In this document: piece by piece, positions 1 to 9,207 of the stretch
Layout of the letters: every line of letters starts with the position of its first letter
Position numbering within the stretch: position 1 is the first letter of the stretch
DNA from: Acidimicrobiaceae bacterium
GTDB lineage: Bacteria > Actinomycetota > Acidimicrobiia > Acidimicrobiales > Aldehydirespiratoraceae
Assembly (NCBI GenBank): GCA_026710865.1
Contig: JAPOQG010000146.1
Location: 1-61,918 of the forward strand
Length of the DNA stretch: 61,918 bases
Direction: 5' to 3'
Program-made: the position numbers and the translations under genes
Notes under the pieces: generated by a model
Databases searched by the model: none
Told to the model about the DNA's origin: nothing
What the model saw: the letters and a program-made list of their open reading frames with translations, nothing else

Positions 1-433
1 CTGAGGCGGCCAGCGAGCGCGCCGCCATTAGTGGACGCAACCCCAGGTTGTGCCCCGGGGTTGCACGGACTCCGGCTCATTCTTGATTTTCCCGCAGTGC
101 AGCCCCAGACCCGCACAAGTGCGCCGCGGGGACCTCACTGGTGAGGTGTGGGCGCTGGGGGTCCGTCCCCGCCGTTGGGTGAACTACTCGGGGACCGGAG
201 CCTGACGACGAGCACACCCAGCGCCACCGCCTGTGCTGCGTCTGACTTCGCGCGACGGAGGCCGGCGCGAATCAGTCCGCCATGCGGTGAGGTCTTCGGG
301 CCTGAGCAGAGGGAGTGCTCATGTCCGAGTCGATGGGCCCGACCCGCCGTGCCCCTCCGGGCATCACCCGGTGCTGCCGCCACCGCCTCGCGAGCGCTCC
401 GAGGCTGTGGCGGGTCGGTCTCCTAGGGGACGA

Positions 434-772
434 TCAGCCTCCGACGCCGGCGAGTGCGTCCGACCGGGACCCGTGGACCGGGATGATCTTGTCGAAGCCG
501 CTGATCTCGAAGATCTCCCGGATCGACTCCGACAGCGAGCAGACAGCCATCTTGGCGCTCTGCTTCTGGAGTGTCTTGGCCACCAGCAGGACGACCCGGA
601 GACCGGCGCTGCTGATGTAGGAGATGCCTTCGAAGTCCAGCACCATCCCCGTGTCGTCCGGGCTGATGGCGGCTTCGAGAGCCTCATGGAACTCAAGGGC
701 GTTGGCACCGTCGACCCGGCCCTCAGCCACTGCGATCAATGCTCCACCCTGCCTCTCAGTGCTGATATTCAA
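434..772 (-). CDS. STAS-domain protein (anti-sigma-factor antagonist family)
   Basis: 112-aa ORF. Segment LDFEGISYISSAGLRVVLL plus C-terminal IREIFEISGFDKIIPV fit the SpoIIAA/STAS pattern. Strong GC3 bias. Confidence 0.8.
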   Translation of the reverse strand: MNISTERQGGALIAVAEGRVDGANALEFHEALEAAISPDDTGMVLDFEGISYISSAGLRVVLLVAKTLQKQSAKMAVCSLSESIREIFEISGFDKIIPVHGSRSDALAGVGG

Positions 773-999
773 TGGACCGCGTCTCCTCGGTTATAGCGAA
801 CCAACCGCCGGCTGACCGTAGCCGCCGAACGGAGCAACATGCTAGCCCCTAGTCCCGGCGCGCGCATATCGAGCGCCGCATTCGGCCGGGCTTTCAGTAG
901 CTGGACCCGTGGCTGACGTACGCGAATCGGGCCCTGAGGCGACCGCCAAGTAGTCTCCGGTCGCTGTCTCGACGCCGCGAGACCGGGGGTGCGGGCCGA

Positions 1000-2655
1000 A
1001 TGCTGATCGACGTGCTGCTCCCTATAGGGCTGCTCATCGTCGTCGCCAAGCTCATGGAGGGCGCGCTCGGCCGATTCGGCCTGAGCTCGATCATCGCGTT
1101 CACGCTGACGGGCGTGATCCTCGGTCCCGCCACCGGGATCATCGAGCCGACGCACGATCTGGAACTCTTCCTGGAACTCGGAATATTCGTGCTCTTCTTC
1201 ATCGTCGGGCTGGACGAGATCGACGTCCCCGGCTTCGTGGCCACGATGCGGGGACGGTACTTCGCGGCGGCGATCATCTCGGTCGTCATCTCGCTGCTGG
1301 CCGCGCTCGTCGTCACCTCGGACGTCTTCGGAATCGACCTGGGGCTGGACCTCGGCTTCGAGGAGGCTCTGGCCCTGGCCGGCATCCTGTCGCTGTCGAG
1401 CCTCGGGCTCGCAGCCAAGGTCCTGTCGGACTCCGGGACCCTCAAGCAGCCCATCGGGCTCAAGATCTTCACCATCGTGATCATCGCCGAGATCGCCTCG
1501 CTGCTGGTGGTCGGCTTCACCATCGGGGAGCACGGCCATCCCCTGAGCGTCGTCAATGTGCTGATCCTGCTTGGCAAGATAGTCGCCTTCGTGGTGCTGG
1601 CCTGGCTGCTGTCGGCCAAGGTCCTGCCGGTCGTGATCGTCTTCCTGCAGCGCATCCTCAACGTTCCCGAGCTCTCGTTCGGCCTGCTGATCGGAGGGCT
1701 GTTCCTGATGGTGGTGGGGGCCGAGCAGATGGGGCTGCACGGCACCATCGGGGCGCTGCTGTTCGGGGCTGCACTCTCCGGACTGTCCCAGTCAGTCCGC
1801 AAGGACATCATGCCGGGCATGCGCAGCGCGTCCGAGGGTCTCTTCGTCCCGCTGTTCTTCGCCTCGGCAGGCCTCCACTTCGACCTTTCCTTCACTGCGC
1901 TGCCGGCGGCGACGATCGCCGCCCTCGTGCTGGTCCCGCTGGCAGGCAAGTTCGCGGGCGCGTTCGTCGGAACCTACGTCACCCGGATCGACGCGCCGTT
2001 CGCGCTGGCGACCGGGCTCATGTCCAAGGGCGTCGCCGAGATCGCCTTCCTGCTCGTGATGCTCGAGACGGGCACGCTCCAGAAGGACGTGTTCTCGCTG
2101 CTGGTGCTGATCATGTTCGGCTACATCGTCTTCATGCCGGCCGTCATCAACTTCGCGGTCCGGCGGACGGTGCTGTCGGAGCATCCCGCGCTCCCGGACT
2201 CGGTGACGCCGTCGTTCGCCCTCTACGCCCTGGGCGAGGTCCAGGTCAGGAGCGTCTTCGACAAGACCCGCGAGTACCCGGGGCCGGACACGTCCGTGGC
2301 CGAGTTCATGGAGTCCTGGACTGTGCCCCACCAGCACGACTATCTGGTCGTCGACGGCGGCGAGGTCGCGGGGGTCGTGACGACGACTGGGCTCCGCTCG
2401 ATCCGCCGTCGCTCGCGGGCGGCGTCCGCCCTGGGAGACGTGCTGCGCCCCAACCCGCTGACCGCGTTCCCCGACGAGCCGATCCACGACGCCTTGGAGA
2501 AGATGACCAACGCCCCGCAGACGGTGATCGCGGTGGTGGACAGGGAGTCGGGCCGGTTCCTGGGCTCGCTCACCAGCCACGACGTGATCGACCTGGTCGT
2601 GCTGATGAACGAGATCAGGACGGAGTTGAAGCAGATGGGCTCCGCCGAGGACTGA
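1000..2655 (+). CDS. Cation:proton antiporter (CPA2/Kef-like) with C-terminal CBS-pair domain
   Basis: 551-aa ORF with ATG start. About 11-12 hydrophobic helices typical of Na+/H+ exchanger family proteins, then a soluble tail with two CBS-like repeats (VVDGGEVAGVVT..., VVDRESGRFLGSLTSHDVIDL). Confidence 0.85.
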   Translation: MLIDVLLPIGLLIVVAKLMEGALGRFGLSSIIAFTLTGVILGPATGIIEPTHDLELFLELGIFVLFFIVGLDEIDVPGFVATMRGRYFAAAIISVVISLLAALVVTSDVFGIDLGLDLGFEEALALAGILSLSSLGLAAKVLSDSGTLKQPIGLKIFTIVIIAEIASLLVVGFTIGEHGHPLSVVNVLILLGKIVAFVVLAWLLSAKVLPVVIVFLQRILNVPELSFGLLIGGLFLMVVGAEQMGLHGTIGALLFGAALSGLSQSVRKDIMPGMRSASEGLFVPLFFASAGLHFDLSFTALPAATIAALVLVPLAGKFAGAFVGTYVTRIDAPFALATGLMSKGVAEIAFLLVMLETGTLQKDVFSLLVLIMFGYIVFMPAVINFAVRRTVLSEHPALPDSVTPSFALYALGEVQVRSVFDKTREYPGPDTSVAEFMESWTVPHQHDYLVVDGGEVAGVVTTTGLRSIRRRSRAASALGDVLRPNPLTAFPDEPIHDALEKMTNAPQTVIAVVDRESGRFLGSLTSHDVIDLVVLMNEIRTELKQMGSAED

Positions 2656-2664
2656 GCGGGTCGC

Positions 2665-3486
2665 CTATACGCCCTGCTGGTACGCCGGCGGGAAGCGCTG
2701 GTCGTCGGCGGGGTACTGGCCGGGCACCGCGGTGGTGTCCTGCTGGGTGACGGTGGGATCGCAGCCGGGGTGGGGGAACCAGGTGGCGTCGTCGCCCAGC
2801 CAGCGGGTGGACAGCGCCACCCGGCGGCCGGCGCCTTCGTTGGGCGGAGCGCCGTGGATGATCCAGGCCGAGAAGAAGATGGCGTCGCCGGGCTCCACGT
2901 CGAAGCCGACGATGTCGTAGGGGCAGTCGCCGCGGCTGCGGGCCGCCTCGATGTCGGGCATGGGCTCGCCGTCGAAGTCCTCGGTCCAGCCCCCCTGGCC
3001 GTCGAAGGACTCCGGGGCGTAGTAGGCGCCCCAGCGGTGCGATCCCCGCACGAACTCCAGGGAACTGTCGCTGACCGCGCTGCGGGATGCGCTCACCCAC
3101 GCCGAGACGATCTGCTTGCCGAGGAACGGCCAGTACGGAATGTCCTGGTGCCACGGGGTGGGCGCCGAGGTATGGGGCTCCTTGACCAGCAGGTGGTCGA
3201 AGTAGAAGCGCATCGTCGAGGAGCCGGTGAGGGCCGCGGCCATCGCCGCGATCGGCGAGCGGAACAGGAAGTCGCGGATGACCGGCTCGCGTTCCCAGCG
3301 GTACCGGGTGGTGAACAGCCGGTCCTGCGTGCCCCCCGGGTTGGTGTCGGTCACCCACGGGCCGGGCGCCTCGAGCTCGCGCTGGGCGTCCTCGAGTATC
3401 CGATCGACCCACTCGCCGCCCACCGCGCCGGGGACCTTGACGACACCGTCGGCGTCGAACGCAGCCTTTATCTCCGCCGTGATCAT
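2665..3486 (-). CDS. Phytanoyl-CoA dioxygenase (PhyH) family Fe(II)/2-oxoglutarate oxygenase
   Basis: 273-aa ORF. HQDIPYW (His-x-Asp of the facial triad) and distal IIHGAPPN histidine; overall PhyH-like layout. Confidence 0.75.
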   Translation of the reverse strand: MITAEIKAAFDADGVVKVPGAVGGEWVDRILEDAQRELEAPGPWVTDTNPGGTQDRLFTTRYRWEREPVIRDFLFRSPIAAMAAALTGSSTMRFYFDHLLVKEPHTSAPTPWHQDIPYWPFLGKQIVSAWVSASRSAVSDSSLEFVRGSHRWGAYYAPESFDGQGGWTEDFDGEPMPDIEAARSRGDCPYDIVGFDVEPGDAIFFSAWIIHGAPPNEGAGRRVALSTRWLGDDATWFPHPGCDPTVTQQDTTAVPGQYPADDQRFPPAYQQGV

Positions 3487-3745
3487 CGACTGAACATTGT
3501 GTCACGGGGCCCACTCCGGCACGGCCGCGCCGTCCGCGGTGAGCCTCGCCAGCAGGCTGCGGGCCTGGCCTCGCCGACCGGGAGGCCCGTACGCGCCGAG
3601 AGCAGCCGCGACGCCCGCAGCCGCGGTCGCGTCGTGGTGGCGGCGTGGCGACGCCAGCACTCTCGAGACTCTCCCGCGCCCGGCTCGAAGGCTCCGGGGA
3701 ACCGACGGGGCTCTCGGCGGTGGCGCCGTGGCGGCCGGCAGCCGG

Positions 3746-6130
3746 TCAGCGGGTGACCACGTACAGGAGTTCGGCCACCTTGCGTTCGTCCGCGTAGACA
3801 TACACCCAGTAGCGTCCACGCGCCCATGCGCGTGCTGTGTCCGCGCCCACCGGCACCCACCATTTTCCGCCGACGTATCCGGGCTCGGCGGCCAGAGTGT
3901 GGCTTCGGACCCTGAACACGACGCCGTCCTCATAGAGCTCCACGACCCTGATGGAGACCTCGCGGGCGCTGCTGACCGAGTACGAGTACCTCAGCCTGAG
4001 ATACACCCGGTCGTCGATGTCCCGCACCGAGAACCGGAAGCGCTGGGTGCCGTTGATGGCGAGGACGATGCGGGCGCTGTCGATGCGCCCGTTGATGCGG
4101 GGCAGTTCGGGATCGACCGGGCCCGGATCGAGGCTGCTGAGATCGTGCGGCTCGGTCCCGTCGTACCAGCGAGCGATGACGGTGTCAGCGGCGCCGTCGT
4201 TCGAGCGGAACGCCTCCCTGACATGCCCGATGGCCGGCGACGCGCCATCGCCGGCGCCAGGTTCGTAGCCTGCCTGCGACAGCAGGTGGAGGCGGCGGAA
4301 CCCGCGCTGGAACCGGCCGTCGCCCAGGACGCGGTACAGGTCCACGAAGAGCCGCTCCCCCAACGCGTAGTTGCAGCCGTATTGCGGGGCTGCCCCGGCG
4401 TGTCCACCCTCGAGATCGGCGATGTTGCCGGCATGGGCGCAGGGAACGTTGGTGACGCCCAGCGGACGGCCGGTCCTCGCTCTCTCGCTGACGGAGCCCA
4501 TGAAGTCGGCCGCGCCCTCGTCGATCCACGATGCGCTGCCCCTCCAGTAGTAGTGCGCAACCTCGTGGGCGATGAGGTGGCCTGCGAACCCGGCCCGGCC
4601 GCCGTCGCCGTCGCCGTCGCTGTCGGTGTCGTACTCGGGAAGGACGGCCATGTGGGTCCCGAAGTTGGTTCCGGCGGCGCCTGCCGTCACGGCGTCGGCG
4701 AAGAGCAGGACGACGTAGTCGGTGGGCAGGGGCACGCCCATGAACTCCTCGGTGCAGCGGACCGAGTGTTCCAGCAGGTCGATCGAGCGGGACGCGCCCG
4801 GACCGGTGCGGAGGACGTCGGCGATGACCTCGCCCGACAGCGGCAACGTCAGAATGCGCCGCTCCGACGACACCGCGCCGGGATCGAGCAGGACGTCGAT
4901 GGCGCCGGGGTTCGTGCGTGCGGTGCCCGCCAGGGTGGCCACCACCGGCGCGAGGTCGTCGGAGATGCCGCCGCGCCGCGACAGGCGTTCCATGACCCGC
5001 TCGAGGTCCCCGGAGGTCCACGCCGCAAGCTGCGCCAACGAGTCCAGCGCGGGCACGTCGGGCGGCTCGACGCTCGCGAGGAACGGCATCGCCGCGATCT
5101 GCCGGGCTGCCCCGGCGTCGCGGGCCACGATCGACGCCAGGTGCCCGATGGCCGAGGCCTCGCGGCCGTCGACGCCGTCTCGCACCCACTCCAGCGAGGC
5201 GACCGACGACGCGGCGCGAGGATCCTCGGCGGCCGTGTGCAGCAGGTCCTGGACCGCGGCGGACTCGATCCCGTCGACACCGTCTCGGACCCATTCCAGT
5301 TCGCTGATCGAGGCAGCCAACTGCGGATCAGCCTGCTGCAGCCAGGGGCCGTTGGCGAACCCGTCCATCGAGAAGGGAACCGCGGGCGGCGCCGGCGCCG
5401 GGGCCGGGGAGCGTCTGGGCGGCGGGGGCGGCCGGCCCCGTCCAGCAATGTTGTGCCAGAGTCCGATCAGGTACACGGCCATCTGTGCCCGGGTGACTTC
5501 GGCGCCGCCGGTTCCCTCGGACCCGGAGGGAATCACCCTCAAGCCTCTCAGGAGGGCGACGGCCTCGTCGAGTCCCGGTTCCGCGGTCCCGCAAGTGTCG
5601 ACCGCCCGCCTGTAGGTGCGAGCCAGGAGCCTCGAGACCTGCGAGGCGGTCAGCTTGGCCCGGGGCTCGTAGGTGGCGGCGGTCGCGCCTGTGGTGATGC
5701 CCAGCCCGTGCAGGCAGGCGATGTCGGCGGCATGGGCGCCGGCGGGGTCCACGTCCGTGAACGGCATCTCCACGTCGGGGCAGGTCCGGTTCAGCACGTC
5801 GCGCCACAGGCGCACGATGAACGACGCCATCTGAGCGCGGGTGAGCCCGCGGTCCGGGCCGTAGGTGCCGTCAGCGCGCCCCGCCGACAATCCGAGCGTC
5901 CTCATGCACAGGATGTGCTCGGCCCCGTAGTCGTCGGCGCCCACATCCTGGAACTGGGCCGCAGCGGCGGTGTCGCACAACCCGGAGGCAACCGCCTCCT
6001 GCGCCCCGGCCTCCTGCGCCCCGGCCTCCTGCGCCTCGGCCTCCTGCGCCTCGGCCCGAGCGGCGCCGGCAGCCAGCACGGACGCGACGAGCCCGGCCAC
6101 CACGCCAACCCTGACAGCCGTTCCAACCAT
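3746..6130 (-). CDS. Secreted SLH-domain protein with gluzincin-like metallopeptidase domain
   Basis: ORF 3746..6157 trimmed to the ATG at 6130, giving signal-peptide-like MVGTAVRVGVVAGLVASVLAAGAARAEA. Two to three SLH-like repeats (FQDVG...TRAQMASFIVRLW; FTDVD...TASQVSRLLARTY). HEVAHYYW...WIDEGAADF zinc-binding motif. Start is uncertain (GTG at 6157 is the alternative). Confidence 0.7.
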   Translation of the reverse strand: MVGTAVRVGVVAGLVASVLAAGAARAEAQEAEAQEAGAQEAGAQEAVASGLCDTAAAAQFQDVGADDYGAEHILCMRTLGLSAGRADGTYGPDRGLTRAQMASFIVRLWRDVLNRTCPDVEMPFTDVDPAGAHAADIACLHGLGITTGATAATYEPRAKLTASQVSRLLARTYRRAVDTCGTAEPGLDEAVALLRGLRVIPSGSEGTGGAEVTRAQMAVYLIGLWHNIAGRGRPPPPPRRSPAPAPAPPAVPFSMDGFANGPWLQQADPQLAASISELEWVRDGVDGIESAAVQDLLHTAAEDPRAASSVASLEWVRDGVDGREASAIGHLASIVARDAGAARQIAAMPFLASVEPPDVPALDSLAQLAAWTSGDLERVMERLSRRGGISDDLAPVVATLAGTARTNPGAIDVLLDPGAVSSERRILTLPLSGEVIADVLRTGPGASRSIDLLEHSVRCTEEFMGVPLPTDYVVLLFADAVTAGAAGTNFGTHMAVLPEYDTDSDGDGDGGRAGFAGHLIAHEVAHYYWRGSASWIDEGAADFMGSVSERARTGRPLGVTNVPCAHAGNIADLEGGHAGAAPQYGCNYALGERLFVDLYRVLGDGRFQRGFRRLHLLSQAGYEPGAGDGASPAIGHVREAFRSNDGAADTVIARWYDGTEPHDLSSLDPGPVDPELPRINGRIDSARIVLAINGTQRFRFSVRDIDDRVYLRLRYSYSVSSAREVSIRVVELYEDGVVFRVRSHTLAAEPGYVGGKWWVPVGADTARAWARGRYWVYVYADERKVAELLYVVTR
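5993..6055. repeat. 15-bp tandem repeat (about 4 copies) inside the 5' end of the SLH-metallopeptidase gene
   Basis: gcctcctgcgccc(c/t)g repeated head to tail. Encodes (EAQEA/GAQEA)n immediately after the predicted signal peptide. Confidence 0.8.
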
Positions 6131-6269
6131 CGTCGACTCCAGGACACGAATCGTCACCGCATTGATCCGGACGTCGGCCGGCCCGTGTGCCCAGAGCCGG
6201 CCGCCTCCGCGTCGGACACCCTAGAACGTGCGCAACCGGGCGAGGGCCCGTCCTGTCGCAGCGGTGTCA

Positions 6270-6308
6270 TTCCCGCGCTCGTTCGCTGCGCTCACGGGCC
6301 GATCGGGC
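6270..6308 (-). repeat. Dispersed intergenic repeat, solitary copy (inverted orientation)
   Basis: The reverse complement reads GGCCCGATCGGCCCGTGAGCGCAGCGAACGAGCGCGGGAA, matching the unit of the 33882-34057 array. It shares the GGCCGT 5' flank with the other solitary copies. Confidence 0.8.
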
Positions 6309-6356
6309 CACGGCCGGCACCGCCCGACTCCTTGGTGCGGTCTGCGTGCATCGGCG

Positions 6357-6710
6357 TCAGAGATGGCCGACCAGAGGGACGAGGGTGCCGTGCGTGGGGT
6401 CCACCGCCAAGCGCAGTCCCTCCAGCGTGTAGGCCCCCAGCAGCGCACCGGCGTCGTTGTTGCCGAAGGCGACCCAGGTGGGGGTGGTCTTGCCGTCGAC
6501 GGTGGCCATGGCCTCGCCCAGCTCGTACTCCTGGGCGCGCCCGTCGGCCAGCACGAGCGTGACCTTGTCGACGGGCGACACGCCCAGCTTCCTCAACTGC
6601 TCGGCCGGCACGATCGTGTAGTGCGCGCCGGTGTCGACCAGCGCTTCGATCTCGGCCGACTGGCGGCCATCCATGCTGTCAAGCCGAACGGTCCGGCTGA
6701 ACGTCCCCAT
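6357..6710 (-). CDS. Retropepsin-like (clan AA) aspartic protease, single domain
   Basis: 117-aa ORF with ATG preceded by GGAG. Catalytic-type motif ALVDTGA and C-terminal LLGAYTLEGL flap/dimer-like segment. Paralogue of 39251..39622. Confidence 0.7.
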   Translation of the reverse strand: MGTFSRTVRLDSMDGRQSAEIEALVDTGAHYTIVPAEQLRKLGVSPVDKVTLVLADGRAQEYELGEAMATVDGKTTPTWVAFGNNDAGALLGAYTLEGLRLAVDPTHGTLVPLVGHL

Positions 6711-6734
6711 ATCCTGCTCCAGTTCACAGAGTGT

Positions 6735-6753
6735 CCTAGCATTTCATGCTAGG
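6735..6753. promoter_or_regulatory. Perfect 8-bp inverted repeat (CCTAGCAT-N3-ATGCTAGG), putative operator or hairpin upstream of the retropepsin-like gene
   Basis: Read directly from the sequence. On the minus strand it overlaps a possible -10 (TAGCAT) placed 18 nt after TTGTGG, and it lies about 25 nt upstream of the GGAG/ATG of the 6710 gene. Confidence 0.35.
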
Positions 6754-6794
6754 CAGTCCCGGGGCCAGGCCACAACCTGGAACCGTTTGATTTC

Positions 6795-7037
6795 TCAGGC
6801 CTCGGGCTGCTCCACGAAGGGGGGCGGGATCAGGTCCTCGTACATGGCGGGATCGGGCGGGTACACCCCGAACTTGCCGTTGCGCTGATAGGCGACGCCA
6901 CTGCCGGTCTGGTAGGCCTTCAGGTGGGCCTGTTTGGCAGCCCGCGTCAACGCGTCCATCACGCCCTGAACCCAGTCCTCACCGCCGAACGAGGTGTCCG
7001 GCGCGGCTGTCGAGTCTTTGTCGTTGCCGTTGGTCAA
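6795..7037 (-). CDS. Small hypothetical protein (about 80 aa), candidate partner/antitoxin of the upstream ATPase
   Basis: High-GC3 ORF. GGGAGG Shine-Dalgarno (7049..7044) lies 6 nt before a TTG at 7037 that overlaps the ATPase stop as TTGA. The track ORF starts at TTG 7043. No family recognised. Confidence 0.55.
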   Translation of the reverse strand: MTNGNDKDSTAAPDTSFGGEDWVQGVMDALTRAAKQAHLKAYQTGSGVAYQRNGKFGVYPPDPAMYEDLIPPPFVEQPEA

Positions 7038-7555
7038 GACCAACCTCCCATCTCGATGAGAACCGGCGCCTCGCCAGCGTTGTTGAACAACACCCAGCTG
7101 TCGACCCTCCCAGCGTACACGCTCCTGAAGTTGTCTATTCCGGCAGCAAAGCGTCGGCGGATCAGACCCTCAGGAATGTGATGCCCACCCTGGACCACGC
7201 GCCTCCGCACCCGGTTGACGGCGAGTTCCGGCGACGGCAGCGACAGAAACAGCAGCGTCACGCGGTAGCCGAGGCTGCGCCACGCGTCGATGCGGCGCAG
7301 ATAAGCCCGCCCAGCCAGCGTGGTCTCGAAGGCAAAGCTGCGGTGGCCCGCCACCAGCCTGTCCATCTCGGCCAGCATCAGCCGCCCGGCATGGATGTCG
7401 GAGTGGCGGGATCCGAAGGGGGCCAGGCCTGCGGCGATCATGTCGGCGTTCAGGAACGGCAAGCCCCGAGCCTCGACGCGCAGATACGTCAGCGCGAAGG
7501 TTGTCTTGCCAGCACCGTTGGGTCCGGCGACGATCAGGATCTCCTTGTTGGCCAC
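7034..7555 (-). CDS. Zeta-toxin-like / COG4185-type P-loop ATPase (predicted kinase fold)
   Basis: 173-aa ORF with GTG start. Walker A IVAGPNGAGKTT, then LNADMIAAGL, AGRLML, FAFETTLAG and QGGHHIPEGLIRRRF blocks, which I recognise from zeta toxin family / AAA ATPase annotations. Confidence 0.7.
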   Translation of the reverse strand: MANKEILIVAGPNGAGKTTFALTYLRVEARGLPFLNADMIAAGLAPFGSRHSDIHAGRLMLAEMDRLVAGHRSFAFETTLAGRAYLRRIDAWRSLGYRVTLLFLSLPSPELAVNRVRRRVVQGGHHIPEGLIRRRFAAGIDNFRSVYAGRVDSWVLFNNAGEAPVLIEMGGWS

Positions 7556-7580
7556 AAATGTGGATACTACATGAAACTTA

Positions 7581-9071
7581 TCAAAACCCGGCGGCGGTGC
7601 TGGCTAGGGACTCCAGGAATCCGGGGACGATGCCGGCGGCGACGGTGAACAGCACCGCTGCGACGATCACGGCTGCGGCCCCGAGGCCCATCGCGGGCGG
7701 GGCGTCGGCTGCGTCGGGCTCGGTGTCGCCGAAGTACATGGCCACCACCACTCGCAGGTAGGCGAAGGCGGCCACCACGGCGCTGACCATGGCCACGATG
7801 GCCAGCCAGTACGAGCGGGACTCGACCGCCGCCGATATGACCGAGAACTTGGCCACGAAGCCCGACGTGAACGGCACGCCGGCCTGGGCCAGCAGCAGGA
7901 CGGTCAGCCCCAGGGCCAGGGCCGGCCTGCGGGTGCCGAGCCCGGCCAGTTCGGCCAGGCCGGTGCGGTCGTCGCCCCGGCCCGACAGCACGGCCACCAC
8001 GGTGAAGCTCCCCACCGCGATCACCGCGTAGGCGGCCAGGTAGAACAGCACTGCGGACACGCCGGAATCGGAGGCCGCCTGCACGCCGACGAGGATGAAC
8101 CCGGCGTGCGAGATCGACGAGTAGGCCAGGAGGCGCTTGGCGTCGCTCTGGACCGCGGCCAGCACCGAACCGACCGCCAGGGTGGCGCAGGCGAGGGCGA
8201 ACACGACCGGCTGCCAGTCGTCGGCCCGCATCCCCAACGCATCCACGAACACCCGGATGAGCGCGGCGAACCCGGCCGCCTTCACCGCCGAGGCCATCAG
8301 GGCCGTCACCGGCGTCGGCGCGCCCACGTACACATCGGGCGCCCAGGCGTGGAACGGCACCGCCGCCACCTTGAACCCCAGGCCGACCAGCAGCATGGCC
8401 ATACCGGCCAGCAGCATCCCGTCGTTCAGCACCAGGTAGGTGTCCAGATAGACGGCGATCCCGTCGAGGCCGGTTGTGCCGGTCGCACCGTAGACGAGGG
8501 CGATCCCGTAGAGCAGGAACGCGGTGGAGAAGGCGCCGAGGACGAAATACTTGAGGCCGGCCTCCAGCGACTCGAGGCGGCGCAGGTTGAGCGCGGCCAT
8601 GACGTAGGCCGCGATCGACATGGTCTCCAGCCCGAGGAACAGCACGATCAGATCGGCGGCCCCGGCCATCACCACCGCCCCGGCCGCGGCCAGCAGCGTC
8701 AGCACGCACAGCTCGGCGCTGTCGATGCCGACACGGCGGCAGTACCGGGGAAGGGTGGGGGCGGCCAGCGCCACCGAGCCGAGGACGACAGCCGCCGCGA
8801 ACAGGGCCAGGCCGTCCATCACGAGCTGATCGCCGAACGACCGGACCTCGCCGTCGCGCTGCCACAGGACCACGACCGCCACCAGCCCGGCCGCCGCCGC
8901 GGCGAACGTCCACACCGCATCGAGGGCCGCCGGCAGCAGCCGGCCCGGAACCAGCGAGCGGACCATCAGCAGCACCAGCGCGCCCGCCGCGGGCAGGATC
9001 ACGGGCAGCAGCCCGACCCAGTCGACTACGGGCGCCGTCACGGGCGCGAACTGGGCTGTCACCGCGACCAT
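7581..9071 (-). CDS. nuoN: NADH-quinone oxidoreductase subunit N
   Basis: Antiporter-like multi-helix protein in the last position of the nuoA-N order. ORF 7581..9227 trimmed to the Met at 9071 (MVAVTAQFAPV...), where hydrophobic segments begin. Start is uncertain. Confidence 0.9.
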   Translation of the reverse strand: MVAVTAQFAPVTAPVVDWVGLLPVILPAAGALVLLMVRSLVPGRLLPAALDAVWTFAAAAAGLVAVVVLWQRDGEVRSFGDQLVMDGLALFAAAVVLGSVALAAPTLPRYCRRVGIDSAELCVLTLLAAAGAVVMAGAADLIVLFLGLETMSIAAYVMAALNLRRLESLEAGLKYFVLGAFSTAFLLYGIALVYGATGTTGLDGIAVYLDTYLVLNDGMLLAGMAMLLVGLGFKVAAVPFHAWAPDVYVGAPTPVTALMASAVKAAGFAALIRVFVDALGMRADDWQPVVFALACATLAVGSVLAAVQSDAKRLLAYSSISHAGFILVGVQAASDSGVSAVLFYLAAYAVIAVGSFTVVAVLSGRGDDRTGLAELAGLGTRRPALALGLTVLLLAQAGVPFTSGFVAKFSVISAAVESRSYWLAIVAMVSAVVAAFAYLRVVVAMYFGDTEPDAADAPPAMGLGAAAVIVAAVLFTVAAGIVPGFLESLASTAAGF

Positions 9072-9207
9072 CGCCCGCTGCCGGCCATCGCCGCACCGCT
9101 CAACCGTTCTGTTCGCGCTGTCCGGCCACATGGACCGGTTACTGCGCACAGAACCCCAACCGGGCAGCCCGCCGTCCTCGTTGGGCTCGCAACCCGGACC
9201 GCGCCCG

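Noticed and set aside
37-64. Hairpin GCAACCCC-N12-GGGGTTGC near the window start as a terminator
   Set aside because: It lies at the window edge with no identifiable upstream gene in view, and alternative pairings exist. It cannot be interpreted.
3497-6562. Very long antisense or off-frame ORFs (also 9743-12829 minus, 11353-13989 plus, 57544-59814 plus, 41473-42492 minus and many others in the track)
   Set aside because: Their translations are Arg/Pro/Gly/Ala-rich with no motifs, and they fully overlap genes with clear family signatures on the other strand or frame. These are the expected stop-codon-poor artefacts of high-GC DNA.
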